DNA of 64,000 nt from Bdellovibrionales bacterium (GTDB taxonomy: Bacteria > Bdellovibrionota > Bdellovibrionia > Bdellovibrionales > UBA1609), in NCBI GenBank assembly GCA_965200875.1, contig OZ241456.1, positions 1,568,001-1,632,000 on the forward strand, in the 5' to 3' direction. The notes below the pieces were generated by a model. The model was not told the DNA's origin. It saw only the letters and a program-made list of their open reading frames with translations, and ran no database searches. Made by a program: the position numbers and the translations under genes. This document shows, piece by piece, positions 1 to 8,961 of the stretch. The number at the start of each line of letters is the position of its first letter. Positions within the stretch are counted from its first letter, which is position 1.

Positions 1-87
1 GGAATGTCCCCGCAAGATGTGACTAATGTATTAACCATTCAACCCACTCAACCTGATCAACAAGTAGCCAGTGCCAACAATCAGTAG
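1..87 (+). CDS. 3' end of an unknown CDS running in from the left edge
   Basis: Frame 1 is open (GMSPQDVTNVLTIQPTQPDQQVASANNQ) to TAG at 85-87; too short to identify. Confidence 0.45.
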   Translation, partial: GMSPQDVTNVLTIQPTQPDQQVASANNQ

Positions 88-131
88 TCCGTGAAGAAGT
101 CTCTATATGTGACATGCTTACTTACTCATAC
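82..131. repeat. Degenerate left arm of dispersed repeat family B
   Basis: gtccgtgaagaagtctctatatgtgacatgcttacttactcatac resembles gtctgtgaaaaaggttttttatatgtacagcttattgctcatac at 3755-3798. Confidence 0.6.
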
Positions 132-3100
132 AGAAGCTGTTTGCTCTATTGACTTCATGTTCAAGGAAATAACTTTTGAAATTCCTTTTTCCTCCATTGT
201 CACTCCATACAGATGACTGCATTCTTTCATAGTGTGTTTGTTGTGAGTAATAAGAATAATCTGGCTGACCTTAGCCATTTCCGCCAACAAAGAATTAAAA
301 CGAACAATATTTATATCATCCAGTGGCGCGTCCACCTCATCTAAAATACAAAACGGAGGAGGTTTGACAAGAAAAATGGAAAAAATTACAGCCACCGCCG
401 TCATAGCTTTTTCCCCTCCGGAAAGAAGGTTCATATTCTGAACTTTTTTTCCAGGAGGCTGAACGATAATGTCCATGCCTTTTTCTGGATCTTTTGTCAA
501 AACCAACTCTGCCCGACCTCCCTCAAAAAGAGCGGGCCACACCTTGGAAAAACAAGAATTTACTTCGTCAAAAACCTCTTTAAATTTTCTGGAGCAAAAA
601 CTGTCAATTCTGTTTATCACCTGAGAAAGCTTCTCTTTTGAAATACATAAATCCTCATACTGTGTTCGATAAAACTGATTTTCCTGTAAAAGCTCTTCAT
701 ATTCTTTTAACGCCAAAAGATTCACTTCTCCCATACGGGAAAGTTTACTGTTTAATTTTTGAAGCTCCTGCTCCTTGGCCTCCCGGTCAAATTCTGCTGA
801 CACAAGTTTTAAAGTCTTCAAATCCATCTGATATTTTTCCGCGATTCTTTCCGCCAGTGTGGATGTTTTTAGCGAAAGGCTTTCAGATTGCAGTTTCAAA
901 TTACTTATGGCAGATTCCTGTTTTGTAAAAGTTTCCTGCAACTGAATAACAAAGGATTGATCAGCGTTTATTTGCTCTCTTAATGTCTCCTGCTCTTTCA
1001 TTAGGGATTTTGTGTCTTCTTCCCTCTGTTCCATTTCCTGTTGAAAGACTTGTTTTTTCCTCTCTTTTTCTGTTAACTGATTTTCATATTTTTGAATCAA
1101 TGTTTTTTTCTCTAGGGAATGGGAAAGTGCCTGTTTTTCATCCTGCTCCCCTCTCTCATACGACTGCCTGAGAAGAATATTCTTTTCTTTCATTGTGGCC
1201 AGAGCTGTTTCACATTCCGCCAATTCTTTCCACTGCTGATCTTTTCGCTTAAGCCATGTTTGTATCTCCCGATCTTCTTTTTCACACTCCTTTGAAATCC
1301 TCTCCAGATCTCCTTGCAAAACCGAAACTTCAAGAGAAGATTGCTCCTCGAGAATAGCACTTCTTTTTTTTTGTAACTCCTGCACTTGTTTTTGACACTC
1401 CAATATTTCTCTTTGAATATCAGTTATTTCTGAAATCAAACGATCCTGATCCCTGTTAACACTTTCCAGATCTTTATTAATTTCCAAAATACTGATTTGA
1501 AAATCTCCACCCTCTTTACTTAACTCCGACAACCTGTTTGAGCTTTTATGAAACAAAGTTTTTGTTTTTTGCAACTGAGCAAAAAGCGCGCCGATTTGCT
1601 GTTTCTTGCGCTCAACCTGAATCGGCAAATCTTTCATAGCTCGTTGATAAGAGAGAATGTTCATTTCCTCTTGCGCCTGAGGAAAGTCCCCGCCAATCAG
1701 ATCCCCTTCCTGTGTCAGTACTTCTCCCGCCAAAGTGATAAAACACCAAGAAGGATATTTCCTCTTTAGACGAAGAGCTGTTTGTATATCTTCCACTACC
1801 ACCGTGTTGGAAAAAAGCACTTTGATTAACTCCGTATTTCCCTCTGCCTGCTCTTTTAAGAAAAATTTAAAACCGGATTCTTTTCGCAATGTCTCACTTG
1901 AGGCTTGAATTTTTTCCGAATCAATACAAGATGAAAAACCAATAAATCTGCAAATACCTTGTTTTTTCTGACTTAAAAACTCCAAAGCTGAAAATACAGA
2001 TGTTTCCTCCTCACAGCAGAAAACAGATTTTAATCTCATGTCCATATAAGAGGAAACAGCTTTTTCCAACACCGGCGACGGAAGACGAATAGAGCTGGCA
2101 GTGTTTTTAAAATTATTTTTCCACTCTGAAGATTGCAGGAGAAATTGCATACCTTTTTCCCGCGCGCTTTGGTGGCTAGCCCATTTCTTAAGACTGTTCC
2201 ACTCAGAATACAAAGCTTCCGCTGACATCCGCGCTTTTCCAAGGTTCTCTTCCTGAGACTGAATATCCGCTTTTAAAAAGTCCACTCTCTTTTGTAATTC
2301 CTGAACAGAATTCGTCACATTAAAACTCATCTGATTTTTTTGCTCCAAAGCTTCTTCGAGACGCAGTTTTTGGGATTTCAACTTTTGGGCCATCTGATTT
2401 TTTTGCTCCAACAGTTTTTTTCCATCCTCTGCCCTGCGATTTACGGCTTTGATTTTTTCAGTAATAGATTGAGCACGCTCCTTAGACAAAGCTTCCTCAT
2501 GCCGGCAATTCATCATATCTGTTTTTAAAATTTGTTTTTTTTCAGACAATGAAGAAACATTTTTATAAACTCTGTTATATTCTTTTTTGAACCATTCCCA
2601 TTTTTCATATAGATCTTTTTGTTTTTTCTCCAGCTGAATGATTTGATTCTGACTCTCTTTCATTTGGTGTAAAGTTTCCTGACGATTTTCCTGATAAGAG
2701 CGCGCCGATTGAGGATATAAGTTTTGTTTGTTTACTTGAATAAACGCTTTCAACCCGGCAATCTCTTTTTCCAAAGAGACAAATTGAGTTTTTATGGAAT
2801 TTGTTGAAAGGGACAATGTATCCAGTTGTTTTTTATTTTTCTGATATATCTTTTCCCGTTCCTGCGTGCGAGCGCGAATTTTCTCCTGCTGTTCCTTGCA
2901 ATCTGCATTTTTTCGTTGCTCCTCCTGAAGACGCGCATGTAAGGATTTCCTTTCTTTCTGAATCTGCTCCCGTTCCCACACATTGATTTCAATATCTTTA
3001 TCCTGAATCTGTTTTTTAATATCTCTGAATTGCTCGGCGTTTTCAGACTGTTTCCTGAGTTTTGCAAGCTGAGTGCTTTGCTGAGACAAAATATCTTTTA

Positions 3101-3683
3101 GACGATTCAAATGGATTTCTGTCAAATCCAGTTTTCGTTCTGCTTCTTTTTTTCGGGAACGAAACTTGGACACTCCTGCGGCAGATTCAATCAATGTTCT
3201 TTTTTGCTCCGGTTTAGAGGAAATAAAACTTTCCACCGATCCCTGTTCAATAAAACTAAACCCGTGAACACCAGCACCTGTATCCATGAATATCTCCTGC
3301 ACATCCTTTAGCCGGCTGGACCGGGAATTAATAAAATATTCTGACTTGCCATCTCTATCTAATCTGCGGGTCAGCATAATTTCCGAACCATAAGAAACCT
3401 TTGATTGCGTGCGTTCCGCTTTGGAAAGTTCCATAATAAGAGAAACTTCCGCTATTCCACTTGGTGGATATTTTCCCGCGCCGGCAAAAATCAGATCTTC
3501 CATAGAAGAACCACGCAGATGCTTAGGGGCTGTTTCCCCCATCACCCATAAAAAAGCATCTACAACATTGGACTTCCCACAACCATTAGGTCCTACAATA
3601 CAGCTGACTCCTTCAGGAAAACGAATAGTCGTGCGATTTCCAAAAGATTTAAAACCTTTCATTTGTATCTGTTTGATTCTCAT
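126..3683 (-). CDS. smc: Chromosome segregation protein SMC
   Basis: Walker A GPNGCGKSN, long coiled coils, hinge region, LSGGEK signature, ILDEVDAPLD; start moved to MRIKQIQ (ATG 3683, upstream AAGGA). Confidence 0.95.
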   Translation of the reverse strand: MRIKQIQMKGFKSFGNRTTIRFPEGVSCIVGPNGCGKSNVVDAFLWVMGETAPKHLRGSSMEDLIFAGAGKYPPSGIAEVSLIMELSKAERTQSKVSYGSEIMLTRRLDRDGKSEYFINSRSSRLKDVQEIFMDTGAGVHGFSFIEQGSVESFISSKPEQKRTLIESAAGVSKFRSRKKEAERKLDLTEIHLNRLKDILSQQSTQLAKLRKQSENAEQFRDIKKQIQDKDIEINVWEREQIQKERKSLHARLQEEQRKNADCKEQQEKIRARTQEREKIYQKNKKQLDTLSLSTNSIKTQFVSLEKEIAGLKAFIQVNKQNLYPQSARSYQENRQETLHQMKESQNQIIQLEKKQKDLYEKWEWFKKEYNRVYKNVSSLSEKKQILKTDMMNCRHEEALSKERAQSITEKIKAVNRRAEDGKKLLEQKNQMAQKLKSQKLRLEEALEQKNQMSFNVTNSVQELQKRVDFLKADIQSQEENLGKARMSAEALYSEWNSLKKWASHQSAREKGMQFLLQSSEWKNNFKNTASSIRLPSPVLEKAVSSYMDMRLKSVFCCEEETSVFSALEFLSQKKQGICRFIGFSSCIDSEKIQASSETLRKESGFKFFLKEQAEGNTELIKVLFSNTVVVEDIQTALRLKRKYPSWCFITLAGEVLTQEGDLIGGDFPQAQEEMNILSYQRAMKDLPIQVERKKQQIGALFAQLQKTKTLFHKSSNRLSELSKEGGDFQISILEINKDLESVNRDQDRLISEITDIQREILECQKQVQELQKKRSAILEEQSSLEVSVLQGDLERISKECEKEDREIQTWLKRKDQQWKELAECETALATMKEKNILLRQSYERGEQDEKQALSHSLEKKTLIQKYENQLTEKERKKQVFQQEMEQREEDTKSLMKEQETLREQINADQSFVIQLQETFTKQESAISNLKLQSESLSLKTSTLAERIAEKYQMDLKTLKLVSAEFDREAKEQELQKLNSKLSRMGEVNLLALKEYEELLQENQFYRTQYEDLCISKEKLSQVINRIDSFCSRKFKEVFDEVNSCFSKVWPALFEGGRAELVLTKDPEKGMDIIVQPPGKKVQNMNLLSGGEKAMTAVAVIFSIFLVKPPPFCILDEVDAPLDDINIVRFNSLLAEMAKVSQIILITHNKHTMKECSHLYGVTMEEKGISKVISLNMKSIEQTASV

Positions 3684-3754
3684 TTCCTTATACTCCAATT
3701 TGCCTTTCACACAGTTTGTCTTCCGGTCTCCAACCAACACAGGGACTATTAATC

Positions 3755-3996
3755 GTCTGTGAAAAAGGTTTTTTATATGTACAGCTTATTGCTCATACCT
3801 CACCGCTCGGTCTCAAACATGCGTTTTGCCACACACGCGTCTTTCAGTCGCGGTGGGTATGAGCAATAAGCTTTTTACCTCTTTCATTTTACAAGAAAAC
3901 AAAAAGTTCGTTATAAAACCTTGCAATTATTTCCCCTGAAAATTATAAAAAAATCAAATAATAGTAATAGGTTAAAAGCTTTATCACAGGCTTCTA
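3755..3996. repeat. Repeat family B, structured palindromic element, copy B1
   Basis: Perfect 17-bp inverted repeat agcttattgctcatacc / ggtatgagcaataagct (3783-3799, 3856-3872); core nearly identical to 41400-41525 and reverse-homologous to 43410-43630. Confidence 0.85.
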
Positions 3997-3998
3997 TA

Positions 3999-4109
3999 TA
4001 GTGGTCCGTGAAAAACCCTTTTCATACAACTGAAAAGCCAAGTTGTTGGCTTTCAGTCCCTTGCAGGTGGGAATCAAGTCAAAATAACATACTTTTTCAC
4101 GGAGTACTA
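3999..4109. mobile_element. Repeat family A, MITE-like element
   Basis: Terminal inverted repeats tagtggtccgtgaaaaa / tttttcacggagtacta; internal hairpin aaagccaa-gttg-ttggcttt. Confidence 0.8.
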
Positions 4110-4200
4110 CTTAGATTGACTGGATTATAATAAAGTTTTTTGACACAGTGCAAATAAAACATAGTGGAAATAAAGCACCAAAAACAAAAAAGGAATAATG

Positions 4201-4289
4201 CGGAGGGGGAGGGATTCGAACCCTCGGTACGGGTTTCCCCGTACGGCCGTTTAGCAAACGGCTGGTTTCAGCCACTCACCCACCCCTCC
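4201..4289 (-). tRNA. tRNA-Ser(GCT)
   Basis: Acceptor GGAGGGG/CCCCTCC, anticodon arm GCCGT-TTGCTAA-ACGGC, long variable arm, GGTTCGAATCC T-loop; CCA not encoded. Confidence 0.95.
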
Positions 4290-4325
4290 CGACTATAATT
4301 TCATTGATCAGGCAACAACTTATAT

Positions 4326-4383
4326 TTACACTAATTTCCTGTAAAATTCTTAATAAAGAATTTTACACTAAATTCCTGTAAAA
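4326..4383. promoter_or_regulatory. Two tandem TTTACA-N9-TGTAAA boxes between divergent tRNAs
   Basis: tttacactaatttcctgtaaaat and tttacactaaattcctgtaaaat, each self-inverted. Confidence 0.5.
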
Positions 4384-4392
4384 TGTCTATAT

Positions 4393-4466
4393 GCGCCCGT
4401 AGCTCAGCTGGATAGAGTACCTGACTACGGATCAGGGGGTCGGAGGTTCGAATCCTTCCGGGCGTG
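4393..4466 (+). tRNA. tRNA-Arg(ACG)
   Basis: GCGCCCG acceptor, AGCTCAGCTGGATAGAG D-arm, CCTGA-CTACGGA-TCAGG anticodon arm, GGTTCGAATCC. Confidence 0.95.
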
Positions 4467-4480
4467 CATTTTTACTAGAT

Positions 4481-5182
4481 TTATTCCCATTGGATTTTCA
4501 CTTCTTCAAAATCATCTTCTTTTTTCTGCTTTTCCGGTTCTACAGGTTCTATAGGTTCTAAAATAACCTGCATATCTCCTGTAAAATGCACATTATAACC
4601 TTGCTCTCTGGCAGTTCTCACAAAATCAGCAATAAACTCATTTTTCTCCTGTTCATTTCTTTTCTCCAAGTGCTCTTTCAACCAGTCTTTATGCGCTATT
4701 TGCCGACGAATAATCTCTTCCGGATCTTTATAAATATCGTTTTCAAAAGGCTTTTCATCTAAATCCTGGAAAACAGATTTTATAGAGGGATCATTAGAAA
4801 AACGCACACCCATATCCAAAGAAGAAACATCAGGTTCAATAGAATCTATGCTTTCCACCGGTTTTTTAAATTTTTCAGAAATAGTGTCATGAGATTGAAT
4901 ATCCTGCAGAAGTTTGAGACTTGCTTTTTTCTGTTCAATTTTTTCATCTATGGTAAGAGCTTTACCGGGTTGATCCAAAACAGGGGTAAACGGAGAAGGT
5001 ACTTTTTTATTTTGAAAAAAATACACACCAGCTGTAATTATACCCACCAAAAATAAAAAAGAGAAAAAATCAAAATCGTTTTTCTTCCTTTTTTTTGTTT
5101 TCGAAACGATTTGTTTTTTTTCTTTCCGGCGGGAATGATTATATTGTGAACGATGTCTGCTTTTTCTGCGACGAGTAGCCAT
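4481..5182 (-). CDS. Hypothetical single-pass membrane protein with basic N-terminus
   Basis: 233-aa ORF; Arg/Lys-rich N-terminus, one hydrophobic helix FFSFLFLVGIITAGVYFF. Confidence 0.75.
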   Translation of the reverse strand: MATRRRKSRHRSQYNHSRRKEKKQIVSKTKKRKKNDFDFFSFLFLVGIITAGVYFFQNKKVPSPFTPVLDQPGKALTIDEKIEQKKASLKLLQDIQSHDTISEKFKKPVESIDSIEPDVSSLDMGVRFSNDPSIKSVFQDLDEKPFENDIYKDPEEIIRRQIAHKDWLKEHLEKRNEQEKNEFIADFVRTAREQGYNVHFTGDMQVILEPIEPVEPEKQKKEDDFEEVKIQWE

Positions 5183-5192
5183 AACAAAACAC

Positions 5193-5219
5193 TTATCGGT
5201 TATAAATTACTTTTTATTA
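5193..5219 (-). promoter_or_regulatory. Putative sigma28 (FliA)-type promoter
   Basis: Minus strand TAATAAAA-N11-ACCGATAA, 10 nt upstream of the ATG at 5182. Confidence 0.45.
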
Positions 5220-5448
5220 AACAGAAAAATAGAATTGTTCATCCACAAGCTATGGTCTTTTAACCCCTTTGAAAAGGTTTTTTTCAGTAATACATAAGGA
5301 AAAACTTAAAAATCCGGTAAAAATTTGTATATTTATTGGAAAACTGGTATAAATTCTTAGTCTTTCAGGGATGGGTTAAAGAACGCAATCAAAAATATTA
5401 TATTACTTCAAAACCTGAGAATTTCCACTCTCACAGAATGGAGGTATA

Positions 5449-7143
5449 GTGAAACACAGAAATTTTTTTTTAAAAGACCGATTTATTTCCAACCGTATGG
5501 GTGTAATCATCTGTATTTTTACAGTTTTTTTGTTTCCAGCTTGGGCAAAACCAGTTCAAACTCAAAAAATAATTGTATCTGGTCCTTCTAGTCATCTCAT
5601 GGAAACGGTTAAAGATATTTATCGTCAAGGAGGCAATATCTTTGACGCGGCTATTGCCGGTGCTTTTACTCTCAGTGTGACACATCCGTATTTTGTATCT
5701 TTAGGTTGTGGAGGTTTTGCCTTGTTAAAAAGCAAAGCGGGAGGCCAGATTCAGGTTTTGGATTTTCGGGAAACAGCACCTGTCGCAATATCAGAAGACT
5801 TTTATGTCAAAAACAAGCTTTCCTCCACGAAGACAGGATCCGCCGTGGGTGTCCCCGGTTTTGTTGCGGGCCAATGGGCCATTCATCAAAAATATGGTTC
5901 TCTTCCCTGGGCTGAACTCATTAAACCGGCCATTAAACTGGCTGATAAAGGTTTTATGGTTTCAGGACAGTGGATGAATAAAACAAAAGGCAAAAGAAAA
6001 AAATTTAATCTTTCCGGACAAAGAATTTTTTTTCACTCTGACGGCACACCTTATTTGCCGGGAAAGTTTGTTCAGCAAAAAAAACTTTTGAAAGCTTTAA
6101 GGCTCATTGAAAGAAAAAATAAAACCTTGTTTTATGACGGATTGATTGGAAAAGATATTGTAAAAACAGTATCAGAAAACAAAGGAGTGCTAAGTCTTGA
6201 GGATTTAAAAAATTATCAGGTACGTTGGCTAAAACCACTCTCTTTTTCTTTTGGTCAATACACAGTATACAGTATGCCTCTTCCCAGCTCAGGGGGAATC
6301 ATACTAGCTCGCGCAGCTCAGATCATACAGCATAAAAAAATACATGGGTTTTCTTTGTACAGTGTGAGCGAATGGCATTTGTTGGGGGAAACGCTGGCTT
6401 TTTCTTTTCGCCCGCGTAGTCAGATGGGGGATTTAAGCCAGCCAGCTCCTTATTTAAAACACTGGCTTTCCCGCAAAAAACTACAGGATCTCAGCACTCA
6501 AATATCTTTAAAAAAGGTGAAAAAACTTCCGATTTTAAAAGATACTTTATTTCGTGAATCAAAAGACACCACTCATTTTTCCATAATGAACAATCAAGGG
6601 GAAGCGGTGTCCATGACTTTGACTTTAAACGGCAACTTTGGTTCTTTCCTTGTTACAGACAAATATGGCATTGTTTTGAACAATCAAATGGATGATTTTA
6701 ATACCCGTCCGGGCAAGCCCAATCAATTTGGTTTAATACAAGGAAGAAACAACAAAGTGAAAACAGGGGGATATCGTCCTTTAAGTTCTATGAGTCCCAC
6801 TATTGTGGAAAAAAACGGAAAAACAGTGATGGTCTTAGGGGCAGCAGGCGGGCCTATGATTATCAGTTCGGTGTTACAAACTTTATACCGCCATTTGATG
6901 AATGGTTTAAATCTGGACTCTGCTGTTCAATCTCCTCGCGTACATCATCAGTTTTTACCACGGGTTTTGTTTGTGGAAAAAAATCGCTTTTCCCCTGTGG
7001 TTTTAAGTTTATTGAGAAAGCGAGGGCATTATATCAAAACCCGGGATTCCATTGCCAAGGTGTATGCGGTTTCTAGGAGAAAAGATGGACTTCTGGAAGG
7101 AGCTTTTGATGCCCGTGGTGAAGGCGCGACAGGCGGTTTATAG
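5449..7143 (+). CDS. ggt: Gamma-glutamyltransferase
   Basis: GGNIFDAAIA, LDFRETAP, catalytic TTHFS, LNNQMDDF, RPLSSMSP, GAAGG; N-terminal signal peptide. Confidence 0.93.
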   Translation: MKHRNFFLKDRFISNRMGVIICIFTVFLFPAWAKPVQTQKIIVSGPSSHLMETVKDIYRQGGNIFDAAIAGAFTLSVTHPYFVSLGCGGFALLKSKAGGQIQVLDFRETAPVAISEDFYVKNKLSSTKTGSAVGVPGFVAGQWAIHQKYGSLPWAELIKPAIKLADKGFMVSGQWMNKTKGKRKKFNLSGQRIFFHSDGTPYLPGKFVQQKKLLKALRLIERKNKTLFYDGLIGKDIVKTVSENKGVLSLEDLKNYQVRWLKPLSFSFGQYTVYSMPLPSSGGIILARAAQIIQHKKIHGFSLYSVSEWHLLGETLAFSFRPRSQMGDLSQPAPYLKHWLSRKKLQDLSTQISLKKVKKLPILKDTLFRESKDTTHFSIMNNQGEAVSMTLTLNGNFGSFLVTDKYGIVLNNQMDDFNTRPGKPNQFGLIQGRNNKVKTGGYRPLSSMSPTIVEKNGKTVMVLGAAGGPMIISSVLQTLYRHLMNGLNLDSAVQSPRVHHQFLPRVLFVEKNRFSPVVLSLLRKRGHYIKTRDSIAKVYAVSRRKDGLLEGAFDARGEGATGGL

Positions 7144-7159
7144 CTCTTTTTTATATAAC

Positions 7160-7849
7160 TTAAAGTGCCATATCTTTGCTGAGTGGAATTTGCGTTTTTT
7201 CTGAGCAATGTTTCAGATAATTCTCCAATACGGGCGGAAAAGACAAGTCTTTTACTATAGTCAAGCTTCTCAAAAAAGCAAACAAATGAAAATCGTTAAA
7301 ACTGATTTGTTCCCCTAGATACCATTGATTTTCCCTATTTCCCGTCTGTTGTGAATGAGAAGGTTTTTTTTGTAAAAGCTTATCTTTTATTTTTAATAAA
7401 GTCTCTCCAATTTCTTTTTTAAATGGTTCTGTGTTTTCCAAAGCTTTGGCAAAAGACCCAATCATTTTCTCTTTTTTGGTTTGGAAATATTTACGAGCGG
7501 AAGGAGTCTTAAACTCTTCCATTGCTGAACTCACCCATCGGGGCATGACGAGGCTACAATAAGCTTTTCGCGCTTGTTCAAAGATCTCAAACAAAGAAGG
7601 ATCCTCTTTTTTTGAGATAACCACTGGTGGATATTTTTCATCAATAAATTGCACAATATCCATACTCTCTGGCATAAATTTCCCTGGTGTATATTCCAAA
7701 ATGGGAACCATTTTTTGTCCGATCATGCTCACAGGTGTTTTTTCGTCGTCATTTAATAAAGTAACCTGTTCAACAGATATGTTTTTAAGCCCGAAGATCA
7801 TACGAGCTTTTACACAATAAGGGCAATGATCATAGATAAACAATTTCAT
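7160..7849 (-). CDS. grxB: Glutaredoxin 2
   Basis: MKLFIYDHCPYCVKARMIFGLKN, MIGQKMVPIL, MPESMDIV. Confidence 0.92.
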   Translation of the reverse strand: MKLFIYDHCPYCVKARMIFGLKNISVEQVTLLNDDEKTPVSMIGQKMVPILEYTPGKFMPESMDIVQFIDEKYPPVVISKKEDPSLFEIFEQARKAYCSLVMPRWVSSAMEEFKTPSARKYFQTKKEKMIGSFAKALENTEPFKKEIGETLLKIKDKLLQKKPSHSQQTGNRENQWYLGEQISFNDFHLFAFLRSLTIVKDLSFPPVLENYLKHCSEKTQIPLSKDMAL

Positions 7850-7872
7850 TATTTAGTCCTCCGGTGGGTGGT

Positions 7873-8946
7873 TTAAGAAACTTTTACACTAGAAAAACCT
7901 TTATGGGAAAGGATTTTTTGCAGTAAACTGGATGGATTTTGTTTTTTAAGTTCTTTTGTTTTTACCCATAATAAGTTTTTTTGTTGAAATTTGCCAGCCC
8001 TTGAAAGTTGTTTCAGAGTGAAGGACTTGGAGAGAGAAACATAAATGGTATAGTGAGTAATGGAGTGGATAAAATCATATTGGGCGGGGGCTTTGTTTTT
8101 TTTTAAAGCTCTTCCCGGAAAAGCCGGATAATTTTTTAAAACCGGAAGCGGATGGTTTTGCGCAAGAGCTATTTGATTTTTTTTAGTCAAAATAACCGGC
8201 TGATAAAACAATATTTCTTTTTTATTTTGTTTTTTAGCTATGGGAATGATGTCTGTTTGCTCCTGCCTAAAAGCCTTACAATTTTTTTTAAGAGGACAGA
8301 TGAGACAAAGTGGGTTTCTGGCTTTACAGACAATAGCCCCTAATTCCATTAACGCCTGATTGACAACAGAAGAAGGATATTTTTCCATCCATCTATCCAC
8401 TTCGTTTTGCAAAACTTTTTTGCCGGCTGTATTCCACCAGATTTTTTTAAAACCCAAAAAGCGAGTTATCACCCGAATGACATTGGCATCCAGCACTCCT
8501 GTTTTTTCATTAAAAGCCAGAGAGCTTACAGCTCTTGAGGTGTAAGGGCCAAAACCCGGAAATTTTAACAATTCTTTATAAGTTTTTGGGAAATATTTTT
8601 TTTCGTGGATAAGGCGAACAGACTTATGCAGATTTTTAATTCGAGAATAATAACCCAGTCCAGACCAATAAGGAAGCACTTCTTCCAAAGAAGCTTTTGC
8701 CAATACTTTCAAAGTGTTAAATTTTTTAATAAATTTTTCATAATAGGGGATGACTGTGTTTACAGTGGTCTGTTGCAACATAAACTCTGAAACCAATATG
8801 GTATAGGCTCCTTTTTTATTTCTCCAAGGAAGTGGTCTTTTGTGTTTTTCATACCACTTGATGAGTTCCCGTAAATTCGGTGCGGGGCCTGCTCCATCTG
8901 TCTTTTTGACTTTTTTCAAATCCCTTCCCCTCTCTTTTATCAGCAC
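7873..8946 (-). CDS. mutY: A/G-specific adenine glycosylase
   Basis: LPWR, VSEFMLQQT, WSGLGYYSR, HhH FPGFGPYT, Fe-S motif C-x6-C-x2-C-x5-C; start uncertain. Confidence 0.92.
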   Translation of the reverse strand: MLIKERGRDLKKVKKTDGAGPAPNLRELIKWYEKHKRPLPWRNKKGAYTILVSEFMLQQTTVNTVIPYYEKFIKKFNTLKVLAKASLEEVLPYWSGLGYYSRIKNLHKSVRLIHEKKYFPKTYKELLKFPGFGPYTSRAVSSLAFNEKTGVLDANVIRVITRFLGFKKIWWNTAGKKVLQNEVDRWMEKYPSSVVNQALMELGAIVCKARNPLCLICPLKKNCKAFRQEQTDIIPIAKKQNKKEILFYQPVILTKKNQIALAQNHPLPVLKNYPAFPGRALKKNKAPAQYDFIHSITHYTIYVSLSKSFTLKQLSRAGKFQQKNLLWVKTKELKKQNPSSLLQKILSHKGFSSVKVS

Positions 8947-8961
8947 TGATCCAGTGCCGGA

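Noticed and set aside
638..3762. Short antisense ORFs within smc and other long genes
   Set aside because: Shadow ORFs opposite well-supported genes, with no motifs
4201..4466. tRNAs as integration sites for the defence island
   Set aside because: I saw no duplicated tRNA 3' end and no integrase in the window; the island starts 18 kb away
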